Shown here piece after piece: positions 27,456-36,222 of a stretch of DNA of 64,000 nt. Below the pieces are notes generated by a model. That model had not been told where the DNA came from. It saw nothing but the letters and a program-made list of their open reading frames with translations, and did no database searches. The stretch covers positions 24,481-88,480 of the forward strand of contig JAKAHY010000004.1 in the NCBI GenBank assembly GCA_021814695.1. Direction: 5' to 3'. The DNA comes from a bacterium. Its GTDB lineage: Bacteria > Patescibacteriota > Minisyncoccia > UBA6257 > JAGOQP01. The stretch's first letter is position 1, and each line of letters starts with the position of its first letter. Position numbers and translations under genes: made by a program.

Positions 27456-28661
27456 ATGAAGCGAACCGCAATAATTATTATAGTAGTCATTATCGCCGTG
27501 GCAGTTGCTGTCGGGGTTTATTTAGGATATCAGAAATCAAAAAGTGTTATTTCTCTAACCGGTTCGACGCAACAAGGAGCTTTGCCTATAGGCACTAGCA
27601 ATGGAGAGGCGGCCGGTAGCACAAATCAGGGGGGCGCGGCATCGGCAGAAAATATTTCATCCACAAGCACCGAAGAAGCCGGCTATTTTCAGGACCAAAA
27701 ACAGAGACTGTCGATTCTGACAACTCAGCCGGTCATGGGTTATTGGATGACAGTGCCTAAAATTGCCTCAACTACGCCACAGATATTTTATCTTGACCAG
27801 AAAGGAGAAGTTGTAGAGATTGACCAGACGGGCAAGGAAAATGTTGTTTCTAATTCAAATTTGGGAATTCCCGTGCGAAGCCTTCAGAATATAGACGGAT
27901 CAAAGGTGATAGTCCTATTTGATTCGGGAATACTGGCTATTTTTGACACTGCCTCAAAGGTTTGGCAATCATTGGATTCGTCAATATCTTCATTTGTCTT
28001 TTCGCCCGATGGGAAAAGCATCGCTTATGTAAAACCCAATGGCGCCAGAAATTCCATATATACTCAGAATATTTCTACAACCAAGAAGAATTTAACGCTC
28101 GTAGCGACACTTAACATACAGGATTTTTCTATCGCCTGGCCTTCTGTTAGCACGATAATTCTTGTTCCTAAGCCGGCAAACCAGTTTTATGGTCAAGCGT
28201 GGTATCTGAATTTAAAAAATAATACTCTTAATTCTTTGGGGTTTGGTAATGGGCTTGATTATGTTTTTTCTCAGAAAGCCAATTATGGAATTCAATTCAT
28301 TTCAACCGACAGAAGCAAAATTTCGGTTTCCATAATTAATGACTCCGGAAAAAAACTTGCCGACATGCCATTTTCTTCCATAGCAGCTAAATGCTCGTTT
28401 GCCCAAGACGCGATAGCGGCTTATTGTGCCATACCGGTATCATATACGGGCGGTGCTGTTACTCTTCCGGATGATTATTTAAAGAAAGCGACATTTAGTA
28501 ACGACTCTATTTATAAAATAGACTTATCTTCATCCCAACTCACAAAAATTGTGGATTCGGGTACGGCCTTAATTGATGCGACCGATATAAGAGCGGCAAG
28601 CTCGACTTTGCTCTTTGTAAATCGTCTTGATGGCATGTTATATAGATTTAATATGCAGTAA
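27456..28661 (+). CDS. Membrane-anchored protein with beta-propeller (TolB/PD40-like) repeats
   Basis: 401 aa with an N-terminal TM segment. It contains repeated motifs such as FSPDGKSIAYV. Confidence 0.45.
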   Translation: MKRTAIIIIVVIIAVAVAVGVYLGYQKSKSVISLTGSTQQGALPIGTSNGEAAGSTNQGGAASAENISSTSTEEAGYFQDQKQRLSILTTQPVMGYWMTVPKIASTTPQIFYLDQKGEVVEIDQTGKENVVSNSNLGIPVRSLQNIDGSKVIVLFDSGILAIFDTASKVWQSLDSSISSFVFSPDGKSIAYVKPNGARNSIYTQNISTTKKNLTLVATLNIQDFSIAWPSVSTIILVPKPANQFYGQAWYLNLKNNTLNSLGFGNGLDYVFSQKANYGIQFISTDRSKISVSIINDSGKKLADMPFSSIAAKCSFAQDAIAAYCAIPVSYTGGAVTLPDDYLKKATFSNDSIYKIDLSSSQLTKIVDSGTALIDATDIRAASSTLLFVNRLDGMLYRFNMQ

Positions 28662-28663
28662 TT

Positions 28664-29998
28664 ATGGCCGCAAACATTTCATCAAAACCAGGAGTCTCCA
28701 AGTATCTTTCACAGCCAGAATTTCGTCCGGTTTATTATCTATCGCCGCTTTTAATAATTGTGCTGATAGTGTCTTTCCTTTATGTGCCCGCAAGCCTTGT
28801 ATTGATTCCGGTTTTGGCGGTTGTCGCTGTTCTGGTGCTGATGGTGGCCTTAAGTTGGCGCCTTTCCAAAGCTAATATTAATGTCAAAACGGAAACACAG
28901 CAGGTACAAAGCATAATAGCTCATCTTAATATTGGAGTGGTTGCTTATGATAACGACTTTAAAGTTCTGATTTTCAATCCGGCCGCTGAAGAAATATTTG
29001 CACTTAATCGTGGAGATATAGTGGGACAAAAATTATCGGCCGCTATGGCCAGTGATCCGAAATTTAAAGTGCTTGCACAAGTCGTCTTTTCTTCTCTGGC
29101 ACCGACGGTTATCAAGCGTTCTGACCCGGGAGTTTATCCTCAAATTATTGACGTCTCATTTGATGAACCGATGCTTGAGTTGAGGGTTGTGACTGACAAG
29201 ATCTTTGACGAGAAAGGCGCCGTGAGCGGGTTTGTTAAGCTTATTACCAACAGAACGCGCGAGATAGAGTTGTTAAAATCAAAAACAGAATTTATTACCG
29301 TTGCCGCTCACCAGTTGCGCACTCCGCTGACCGCCATCAACTGGGCGTTGGAAAGTTTGGAAGGCAGCCAATTACAACCTCAACAGAAAGAATTGGCCGA
29401 CACCGGATTTTTAGCCGCCAAAAAAATGCTTAAAACAGTCAACGACTTATTGGACGTGGCAAAAATCGAAGAAGGGCGTTTTGGATATCAATTTGAAGAA
29501 GTTAATGTGGTCTCATATCTGGAAGATATACTTTCCCAGTCGAATGATATCGCCAAGCAATACAACATAAAACTTTATTTTCAAAGACCAAAGGAGTCTT
29601 CTATCTCGGTATATATCGATCAGCAAAAGATGAGTATGGTTCTTTTTAATCTCATAGACAACGCCATCAAATATAATGTCGAAAACGGTTCGGTGACCGT
29701 ATCTGTCGAGAAAGTAAATAACGAACCATACGTAAAGATAACAATCAAAGATACGGGAATCGGCATTCCGGCAAACCAGATGGACAAATTATTTACTAAA
29801 TTTTTCCGAGCCGACAACGTTGTTAAGTTTTCCCCGGACGGTACGGGGATGGGCTTATATATAGTCAAAAATATTGTTACGCGCCATGGTGGGAAAATTT
29901 GGGTTGAGTCGGAATTAAATCGTGGGACGACTTTCTACTTTACGGTACCGACCAGCAAAGACATGATACCCAAAAAAGAACTGGTTGAATTTGAATGA
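28664..29998 (+). CDS. Membrane-bound sensor histidine kinase (PAS-HisKA-HATPase)
   Basis: 444 aa with two N-terminal TM helices. The H-box AAHQLRTPLTAI, N-box NLIDNAIKYN, G1 DTGIGIP and G2 GTGMGLYIV are all present. No response regulator is adjacent. Confidence 0.85.
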   Translation: MAANISSKPGVSKYLSQPEFRPVYYLSPLLIIVLIVSFLYVPASLVLIPVLAVVAVLVLMVALSWRLSKANINVKTETQQVQSIIAHLNIGVVAYDNDFKVLIFNPAAEEIFALNRGDIVGQKLSAAMASDPKFKVLAQVVFSSLAPTVIKRSDPGVYPQIIDVSFDEPMLELRVVTDKIFDEKGAVSGFVKLITNRTREIELLKSKTEFITVAAHQLRTPLTAINWALESLEGSQLQPQQKELADTGFLAAKKMLKTVNDLLDVAKIEEGRFGYQFEEVNVVSYLEDILSQSNDIAKQYNIKLYFQRPKESSISVYIDQQKMSMVLFNLIDNAIKYNVENGSVTVSVEKVNNEPYVKITIKDTGIGIPANQMDKLFTKFFRADNVVKFSPDGTGMGLYIVKNIVTRHGGKIWVESELNRGTTFYFTVPTSKDMIPKKELVEFE

Positions 29999-30018
29999 GT
30001 AAAATAACCGGCAATAAA

Positions 30019-30044
30019 AAATCGCAATTAAGCGATTTTTTGGT
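30019..30044 (+). terminator. Rho-independent terminator ending the long plus-strand operon
   Basis: Stem AAATCGC / GCGATTT with loop AATTAA, followed by TTTTTT. A TGGTATAAT extended -10 for the next gene follows immediately. Confidence 0.6.
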
Positions 30045-30061
30045 ATAATAAATTCAGAACC

Positions 30062-30274
30062 GTGCATGGAGATAGCATGCTGACTATGACGTCGAAAGAA
30101 AGGAAAATTGTCAGGTCTTTATTGGCTTTAGCCGGTGGAAACTCAGATATTGTTTTTTCGGCGCTTACCGAAAGCTCCAAAAGAAATGGGGGAAATCCCA
30201 GAATGGAAGAGGTTCAAAAGCTTATAAAAGAATACTTGTCAGGAAGGCCACTTGATCACTTATTTCGTTGCTAA
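30062..30274 (+). CDS. Hypothetical small protein (70 aa)
   Basis: A stand-alone ORF with its own extended -10 (30042-30049) and a downstream terminator. No recognisable motifs. Confidence 0.4.
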   Translation: MHGDSMLTMTSKERKIVRSLLALAGGNSDIVFSALTESSKRNGGNPRMEEVQKLIKEYLSGRPLDHLFRC

Positions 30275-30293
30275 CCGCATTAGCGGTTTTTTT
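30273..30293 (+). terminator. Rho-independent terminator
   Basis: Stem AACCGC / GCGGTT with loop ATTA, followed by a T-run (TTTTTTTG). Confidence 0.55.
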
Positions 30294-30359
30294 GTTAAAA
30301 AACAACATATTGTATTTTGACTTTAGCTTTCAGCCTTGTCAAAATTAGGCATTCTTTAT

Positions 30360-31265
30360 ATGCCCGAATTACCGGAAGTACAAACTATCGTCAATGACCT
30401 TAAAAAACGCGTATGTGGCCGAACTATTGTTGATTATTGGACAGATACGCCCAAGCTGGTGAAAAAACCGGCATTTAAACGGTTTCTTAAAGAGATAAAA
30501 GATCAGACAATCATTGACGTTCAAAGGAGGGGGAAAAACGTCTTGTTTTTTCTTGAGGGTCATAATCGAAATAAGAAACTGAGTGAAATGTTGACTCATC
30601 AAAAAATGACCGGTCATTTTTTGATTGGAAAATGGAATATCGGAAAAAAAGGAGGTAAAAAATTTTCCACCCCGGAAACAAAAGGCCCAATATCTTCGGA
30701 TAAATACAATAATTACGTTCGGGCGATATTCTATCTGGATAATGGCCAGCAGCTGGGGTTATCGGATTTAAGAAAATTTGCCAAAATAATGCTGGGTACT
30801 CCCGAAGAAATAGAAAATTCCAACGACCTGAAACAACTCGGACCTGACGCCTTATCCAAAGAATTCAATGCCGATTATTTTTATAATGTCTTACAGAAAC
30901 GGAAAAAACCGATTAAGCCCGTATTACTTGAACAAAGCGTTGCTTCCGGAATAGGAAATATTTATGGAGATGAAGCGCTATTTATTTCAAAAATAAATCC
31001 GCTCAAAAAATCAAACGCCTTGTCCAAGAGACAGGTACGAACTCTTATTGATGCCATTAAGTCGGTCTTAAAAAAATCGCTTAAACTTCGGGGGACATCA
31101 TCTAGCGACTATCGCGATACATACGGAGAAAAAGGCGGCTATCATAGAATTAGGCTGGTTTATGACCGCGAGGGAGAACCCTGTCGTATCTGCGGAGAGC
31201 CGATAAAGCGCATAAAAATAGGCCAGAGGTCGTCTCACTATTGTCCTCACTGCCAGAAAATGTAG
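30360..31265 (+). CDS. mutM: Formamidopyrimidine-DNA glycosylase (Fpg/MutM)
   Basis: The track starts this ORF at a TTG (30336). Fpg uses Pro2 as its catalytic nucleophile after Met removal, so the ATG at 30360 giving MPELPEVQTIV is the functional start. The C-terminal zinc finger CRICGEPIKRIKIGQRSSHYCPHCQ is present. Confidence 0.85.
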   Translation: MPELPEVQTIVNDLKKRVCGRTIVDYWTDTPKLVKKPAFKRFLKEIKDQTIIDVQRRGKNVLFFLEGHNRNKKLSEMLTHQKMTGHFLIGKWNIGKKGGKKFSTPETKGPISSDKYNNYVRAIFYLDNGQQLGLSDLRKFAKIMLGTPEEIENSNDLKQLGPDALSKEFNADYFYNVLQKRKKPIKPVLLEQSVASGIGNIYGDEALFISKINPLKKSNALSKRQVRTLIDAIKSVLKKSLKLRGTSSSDYRDTYGEKGGYHRIRLVYDREGEPCRICGEPIKRIKIGQRSSHYCPHCQKM

Positions 31266-31277
31266 AATAAATTCAAA

Positions 31278-32084
31278 ATGATATATCTTTTCTTCGGTCC
31301 AAATAATTATGCGCGCAGGAAAAAAGCCTCAGCTCTTATTGAGGCGATATTAAAGAAACATCCGCAAACAGCGGTTGGAACTTTCTATCTGGATGAAGAT
31401 GGTCAGACAGACGCCCTCTATGATTTTTTGTCACCCAAAAGCCTTTTCGAATCATCCAAAAGGGCGGCGCGGGTTAAAAACAGTACCGGAGCCGACAGTA
31501 ATCCATTGCTCGAAAAAATTATTAATCTTATGAAGTCCGACAAGGAAAGCCTTCTTATTTTTGATGAATCATGGAGCGAAAAATCAATCCCCAAGTGGCT
31601 TTCGGGGATTATCAAAAGCGGAGAAGTAAAAACTTTTGGATTTCCGGAACTCAGTCGGGATGAAGCAATTCGTTTGATTTTGAATGAAGCAAAAAAGAGT
31701 GGAATTGCCATGGATATCGGAGCCGCTCAGTTTCTTTTTGATTCACTTAACGGAGATGTTGATTCATGTATGGGAGAAATAGCCAAGCTTATCCAGTTAA
31801 AGCGCCCGATAACCAGACAGTTTCTATCTTCTCTGGATGAATATCGGCTCGAACATGGAATCTACGATTTTTCGCGATCGGTTTCTCACGGCAATATTTC
31901 GGAGAAATTGAGGATGTGGGAAGAACTCTTGGCTCAAAAAACGGATCCTTATATAGTTTTTAATTATCTTGCCAAATCGGCCTCAACTTTGCCGCAGATA
32001 AAAAAAATCGCCGACGCGGATGTCAGCGTGAAAAGCGGCTTATTGGAGCCTTACCAGGCAATCCTGGCGCTTTTACTTTCCTGA
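31278..32084 (+). CDS. holA: DNA polymerase III delta-subunit-like protein
   Basis: 268 aa with a weak HolA-like N-terminus (IYLFFGPNNYARRKKA). It converges on and overlaps rpsT, which is the conserved holA-rpsT arrangement. Confidence 0.5.
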   Translation: MIYLFFGPNNYARRKKASALIEAILKKHPQTAVGTFYLDEDGQTDALYDFLSPKSLFESSKRAARVKNSTGADSNPLLEKIINLMKSDKESLLIFDESWSEKSIPKWLSGIIKSGEVKTFGFPELSRDEAIRLILNEAKKSGIAMDIGAAQFLFDSLNGDVDSCMGEIAKLIQLKRPITRQFLSSLDEYRLEHGIYDFSRSVSHGNISEKLRMWEELLAQKTDPYIVFNYLAKSASTLPQIKKIADADVSVKSGLLEPYQAILALLLS

Positions 32085-32342
32085 TACTTTAGCAAGAAGT
32101 TTTGCCATGCGGGATTTAAGCCGTCCAGCCGTATTTTTTTTGATAATACCGGATTTGGCAGCTTTATCCAGAGCTTTATATACTTTTTTGATTTCATCCT
32201 GAGCTTCCTTGCTTTTCTTGGCGGCCACCAGTTTCTTAAAACTCTTTAAGGCTTTTTTAAGAAGCTCCTTTTGTTTGGAGTTTTTGGCTCGATGGCGAAT
32301 ATTTTGTCGCAAAGCTTTTTTGGCTGATAATATCTTCGGCAT
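32073..32342 (-). CDS. rpsT: 30S ribosomal protein S20
   Basis: 89 aa; MPKILSAKKALRQNIRHRAKNSKQKELLKKALKSFKK… is canonical S20. Confidence 0.85.
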   Translation of the reverse strand: MPKILSAKKALRQNIRHRAKNSKQKELLKKALKSFKKLVAAKKSKEAQDEIKKVYKALDKAAKSGIIKKNTAGRLKSRMAKLLAKVSGK

Positions 32343-32423
32343 TTTTTCTTTTTATTATTGGCTTAAAGTTATCAAATCGGAGCTTTAAAGTCAATTCCAA
32401 TTGTTTTATAATGGCATTATTCA

Positions 32424-32993
32424 ATGTTTTACTCATTTTCGGGAAAGGTTACAGCTAAAGACCAGAATTCGGTCGTAATTGAAACTGTCGGAATCGGCTT
32501 TAGGCTTTTTGTTTTAAATGATCTATCCTCATCGCTTCAAATGGGAAAGCGGGTAAAGCTTTACTCTTTTTTTCATTCGGAAAACTTTGAGCTTTACGGA
32601 TTTTTAAAACAAAGCGAAAAAACCTTTTTTGAAATGCTCGTCGGTATTTCTGGAATTGGCCCCAAAAACGCCCTAAAAATCATGAATTTAATCGATATTC
32701 CGAGTTTGAAGGCGGCTATCGCCGGAGAAGATCTGCGGACGCTTAAGGATGCGGGTATCAGTGTGAAAACGGCGTCTAAAATCATTCTTGAGCTTAAGGG
32801 TAAGTTGGAAAAGGAGTCTCTGCTTCCATCAGGACGAAAAGCGCCGACACAGGAGGTTAAGGATGCGCTGAGGTCTTTGGGTTATTCGAAAAATGACATT
32901 GACTATGTAATATCTCAGATTCCGGACTCGGCTAAAAAAGTGGAAGATATGGTCAAGAGCGCTCTTAAAATTTTAGCCAGCCACAGGCGATAA
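32424..32993 (+). CDS. ruvA: Holliday junction DNA helicase subunit RuvA
   Basis: 189 aa. The OB-fold N-terminus, the helix-hairpin-helix LVGISGIGPKNALKIMN and a C-terminal domain III are present. No ruvB is adjacent. Confidence 0.8.
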   Translation: MFYSFSGKVTAKDQNSVVIETVGIGFRLFVLNDLSSSLQMGKRVKLYSFFHSENFELYGFLKQSEKTFFEMLVGISGIGPKNALKIMNLIDIPSLKAAIAGEDLRTLKDAGISVKTASKIILELKGKLEKESLLPSGRKAPTQEVKDALRSLGYSKNDIDYVISQIPDSAKKVEDMVKSALKILASHRR

Positions 32994-32995
32994 GT

Positions 32996-34204
32996 ATGAA
33001 AAAAATAATTAATCTTGCATATTCGGCGTATCACTGGCTTTTGAGTCTTGTATCGGCGCTTTGGTACAGGTTTCCTTCCAGAAAAATAATAGTGGTAGGA
33101 ATCACGGGAACAAAGGGTAAGACCACAACGGTGGCGTTGTTGTCGCACATTCTGGAAAAGTCCGGCAAAAAAACCGCTTTTGTTTCTTCAAACGCAATCA
33201 AGATAGGCGACAACCTAACTAAAAATCGTTTGGGCAACAGCATGCCCGGAAGATTTTTTCTCCAGGAATTTTTATATGGTGCCGTGCGGGCCGGATGCGA
33301 TGTTGCAATTATAGAGGTTACTTCACAGGGAGTAATTCAACATAGACATAAGTTTATTCTGTGGGACAGGGCCGTTTTTTTGAATATACATCCCGAGCAC
33401 ATAGAGGCTCACGGGTCATTTGAGAATTATTTAAAAGCCAAAATTTTATTTTTTGATTATGCGGCAAAACATCACGATCTTAAACAGCCTCAATTTATTG
33501 TTAACGGGAAAGACCCACAATCGGAGCGATTCTTAAAAATGACGCCGGGATTTATTGTCAGGCATTTTACCGATAACGAAGCTGTTATCAGCGGCGCAAA
33601 CATTCCCGAAACTCTTTCGGGAGAATTTAACAGATTTAATATATCGGCGGCTATTGTTATTGCGCGGACTTTGGGGGTTGCCGATTCTATTATTAATAAA
33701 GGGATAGAGACTTTTGGAGGAGTTGAGGGAAGGATGGAGGTTGTGGTCAAGAGCCCATTTATAGGAGTTGTCGATTACGCGCATACGCCCGAATCGCTTG
33801 AGGCTGTTTACAAATATTGGAAGTCGAAAAAAAATCGGCATAAGCTGATTTGTGTTTTAGGCTCAGCCGGGGGAGGGCGGGACAAGTGGAAGCGCCCGGA
33901 ATTCGGGAAAATTGCAGCCAAATACTGCAGTGACATTATTTTAACCGATGAGGATCCCTACGATGAAAATCCAATGGAAATTATTAATCAAATTGAGAGC
34001 GGAATTCTTGAAAATGAGCATCGCCCGCCTTTGGTAAAGATAATAGACAGGAAAGAAGCGATTGAAACCGCGGTTTTGATGGCAAAAAAGGGCGACATTA
34101 TTGTCTGTACGGGCAAGGGCTCCGAGGAGTTTATCCATGTTGCTCGTGGAAAGAAAATATTCTGGTCTGATAAAAAAACTATTCTTGATGCAATAAAAAA
34201 ATAA
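32996..34204 (+). CDS. Mur ligase family protein (MurE-like central and C-terminal domains; short N-terminus)
   Basis: 402 aa. The P-loop GITGTKGKTTT sits at residue ~35 and is preceded by a short hydrophobic segment rather than the usual N-terminal Mur domain. It has the C-terminal Mur ligase domain (GKGSEEF). Confidence 0.55.
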   Translation: MKKIINLAYSAYHWLLSLVSALWYRFPSRKIIVVGITGTKGKTTTVALLSHILEKSGKKTAFVSSNAIKIGDNLTKNRLGNSMPGRFFLQEFLYGAVRAGCDVAIIEVTSQGVIQHRHKFILWDRAVFLNIHPEHIEAHGSFENYLKAKILFFDYAAKHHDLKQPQFIVNGKDPQSERFLKMTPGFIVRHFTDNEAVISGANIPETLSGEFNRFNISAAIVIARTLGVADSIINKGIETFGGVEGRMEVVVKSPFIGVVDYAHTPESLEAVYKYWKSKKNRHKLICVLGSAGGGRDKWKRPEFGKIAAKYCSDIILTDEDPYDENPMEIINQIESGILENEHRPPLVKIIDRKEAIETAVLMAKKGDIIVCTGKGSEEFIHVARGKKIFWSDKKTILDAIKK

Positions 34205-34210
34205 GGAGAG

Positions 34211-34450
34211 TCAGCGCTCTCCTCCCGGAATATCGGTTTTTGGCGGATTGGCCGGTTTGACTTTCATCTCGACGTAGCTTTCCGGCCGGAACCCATGTTC
34301 CCGGTTGAACCGGATTCGGGCAAATTGCTTGGCTTGTTTCTCCGAATATGCCCAAGTATAGTAGATGACCTTTTTTCCACCGTGGTGTACTAAATTAAGG
34401 CAAGTCACTTCGAAGTGGACCTTTCCTCCATGGTCCAGCGTTTTTGGCAC
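34211..34450 (-). CDS. Hypothetical small protein (79 aa)
   Basis: Intergenic ORF with no overlap to other genes. No recognisable motifs. Confidence 0.3.
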   Translation of the reverse strand: MPKTLDHGGKVHFEVTCLNLVHHGGKKVIYYTWAYSEKQAKQFARIRFNREHGFRPESYVEMKVKPANPPKTDIPGGER

Positions 34451-34533
34451 TGAAGGCCTCCTTTACTAATATCTTTATATCACAAAAGATTGATTTAGTC
34501 AATATAGACCTAACGGTTGACGCTTATCTGGTG

Positions 34534-34539
34534 TATAAT
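34534..34539 (+). promoter_or_regulatory. Extended -10 (TGTATAAT) upstream of the 34579 gene
   Basis: TGTATAAT ends at 34539, about 40 nt upstream of the ATG at 34579. TTGACG lies 11 nt upstream, which is suboptimal spacing. Confidence 0.35.
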
Positions 34540-34578
34540 AAATTAAAGGTCGTTTGTGGCAGTAAATTATTTTAATTT

Positions 34579-34788
34579 ATGTTAAAAGATCACAATCACG
34601 ACTTAATTCATCAGCTCTCCGAGATTTCCGACAGTGTCTGGAGGATAGAAAGAATGTATCAAAATACCGCAGAAGAATGTCCTTCTTGCGGCGCTCTCTG
34701 GGCAAAGCTGGCGCACGATTATCACGATCACATCGATATGCTGGCGGATGAAATAAAAAAACATATAAAGGAAGAAAAATTCGATTAA
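34579..34788 (+). CDS. Hypothetical small His-rich protein (69 aa)
   Basis: Contains DHNHDLIH…CPSCG…HDYHDHID. It lies 4 nt upstream of the beta-CASP nuclease gene, so the two are probably co-transcribed. Confidence 0.35.
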   Translation: MLKDHNHDLIHQLSEISDSVWRIERMYQNTAEECPSCGALWAKLAHDYHDHIDMLADEIKKHIKEEKFD

Positions 34789-34791
34789 TTT

Positions 34792-36144
34792 ATGAAGTTA
34801 ACTTTTGCAGGAGGGGCCGGAAGAGTTACCGGATCTTGTTACTTACTTGAGGACGGAGACGCCAAGATTTTGGTGGATTGCGGAATGAATCAAGGAGACC
34901 GGTCTTTGGAGGAGGATAATTTTGAAGCGTTTCCATTCAATCCGTCGGAGGTTGATGCTCTTTTTGTGACTCATTCGCACATTGATCATGTGGGTAGAAT
35001 TCCGAAACTGGTTAAAGACGGTTTTAAGGGAGTTATCTATTCTACTGCCCCTACAAAAGACGAAGCCTACGAGCTTCTTTTGGATACAAGGCATTTGATG
35101 GAACACGAAGCTCAGCCGGGACAGCTGTTGTTGTATGAGGTCTCGGATATAGACAATGCGATGAATTTATGGAGAACGGTCCATTATCACGGCGATTTAT
35201 CCGTAAAGAATTTTAAAATAGAATTTTATAATTCCGGCCATGTATTGGGGTCGGCTTCGGTAGTGATTTCGTCCGGCGGTAAAACCGTTGCTTTCTCCGG
35301 AGATTTGGGTAATATTCCGGCTCCATTGGTTAAAGACACGGAATACATAAGTTCGGCGGATTATGCTCTTGTTGAATCAGCTTACGGAAACAGAGTTCAT
35401 GAGTCGGTCAGGGAAAGGAAATCTATTCTTGAGGATGTAATTGAAGACACGTTTAAATCCAAGGGAACTTTGATGATTCCCGCATTTGCCATGGAGCGTA
35501 CCCAAGAGCTGCTTTTTGAACTGAATGATCTGGTTGAAAACAGGCGGATACCCAAAGTCCCGATTTTTATAGATAGCCCGCTGGCGATAAAATTAACTTC
35601 TATCTACAGGAAGTATGAAGGTAACGCGGAATATTTTGACTCGGAAGCCCTGATGATGATGAAAGGCGAGGCTAATATTTTTAATTTTCCGGGTTTGAGA
35701 ATGACTCTTTCCAAAGAAGAATCAAAATCAATCAACGACGTTCCTCCGCCCAAAGTTGTCATTGCGGGTTCGGGAATGTCCAATGGGGGGAGAATTTTAT
35801 ATCACGAAATAAGATATTTGCCGGACGAAAAAAGCGCTTTATTGTTTGTCGGTTTTCAAGCCGAAGGAACCATCGGTAGGCAAATAATCAATGGGTCAAA
35901 AGAGGTTTATATTATGGGCCAAAAAATCCCGGTTCGTTGCCGAGTGGCGGCTATCGGCGGTTACAGCGCTCATGCCGACCAACCCTTGTTGTTAAAATGG
36001 GTCGGCTCAATGCGTTCAACGCTTAAAAGAGTATTTGTTGTACAAGGAGAGCCGGACCAAAGCGGGCCTCTTGCGGGAAAGATAAAAGACGAATTTGCCA
36101 TAGACGCGATCGTTCCTGAAAAAGGACAAGTATTCGAATTGTAG
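34792..36144 (+). CDS. Metallo-beta-lactamase / beta-CASP-family RNA-processing nuclease
   Basis: 450 aa. The MBL motifs VDCGMNQG and THSHIDHVGRIPKL are present, and the length and later His/Asp positions fit the beta-CASP family (RNase J / CPSF-like). Confidence 0.7.
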   Translation: MKLTFAGGAGRVTGSCYLLEDGDAKILVDCGMNQGDRSLEEDNFEAFPFNPSEVDALFVTHSHIDHVGRIPKLVKDGFKGVIYSTAPTKDEAYELLLDTRHLMEHEAQPGQLLLYEVSDIDNAMNLWRTVHYHGDLSVKNFKIEFYNSGHVLGSASVVISSGGKTVAFSGDLGNIPAPLVKDTEYISSADYALVESAYGNRVHESVRERKSILEDVIEDTFKSKGTLMIPAFAMERTQELLFELNDLVENRRIPKVPIFIDSPLAIKLTSIYRKYEGNAEYFDSEALMMMKGEANIFNFPGLRMTLSKEESKSINDVPPPKVVIAGSGMSNGGRILYHEIRYLPDEKSALLFVGFQAEGTIGRQIINGSKEVYIMGQKIPVRCRVAAIGGYSAHADQPLLLKWVGSMRSTLKRVFVVQGEPDQSGPLAGKIKDEFAIDAIVPEKGQVFEL

Positions 36145-36222
36145 TGATCAGATTGGTATTGCTCTCAATCAATTACTCGGGTAAAATACGTATCTGATCG
36201 ATTTAAAATAAAAAAATAAAAT

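Noticed and set aside
33490-33841. Two minus-strand ORFs (86 and 102 aa)
   Set aside because: Antisense inside the Mur ligase gene.
36148-36200. 8-bp inverted repeat GATCAGAT…ATCTGATC upstream of the 36223 gene
   Set aside because: It is short enough to arise by chance in AT-rich intergenic DNA. It may be an operator but is not supportable.
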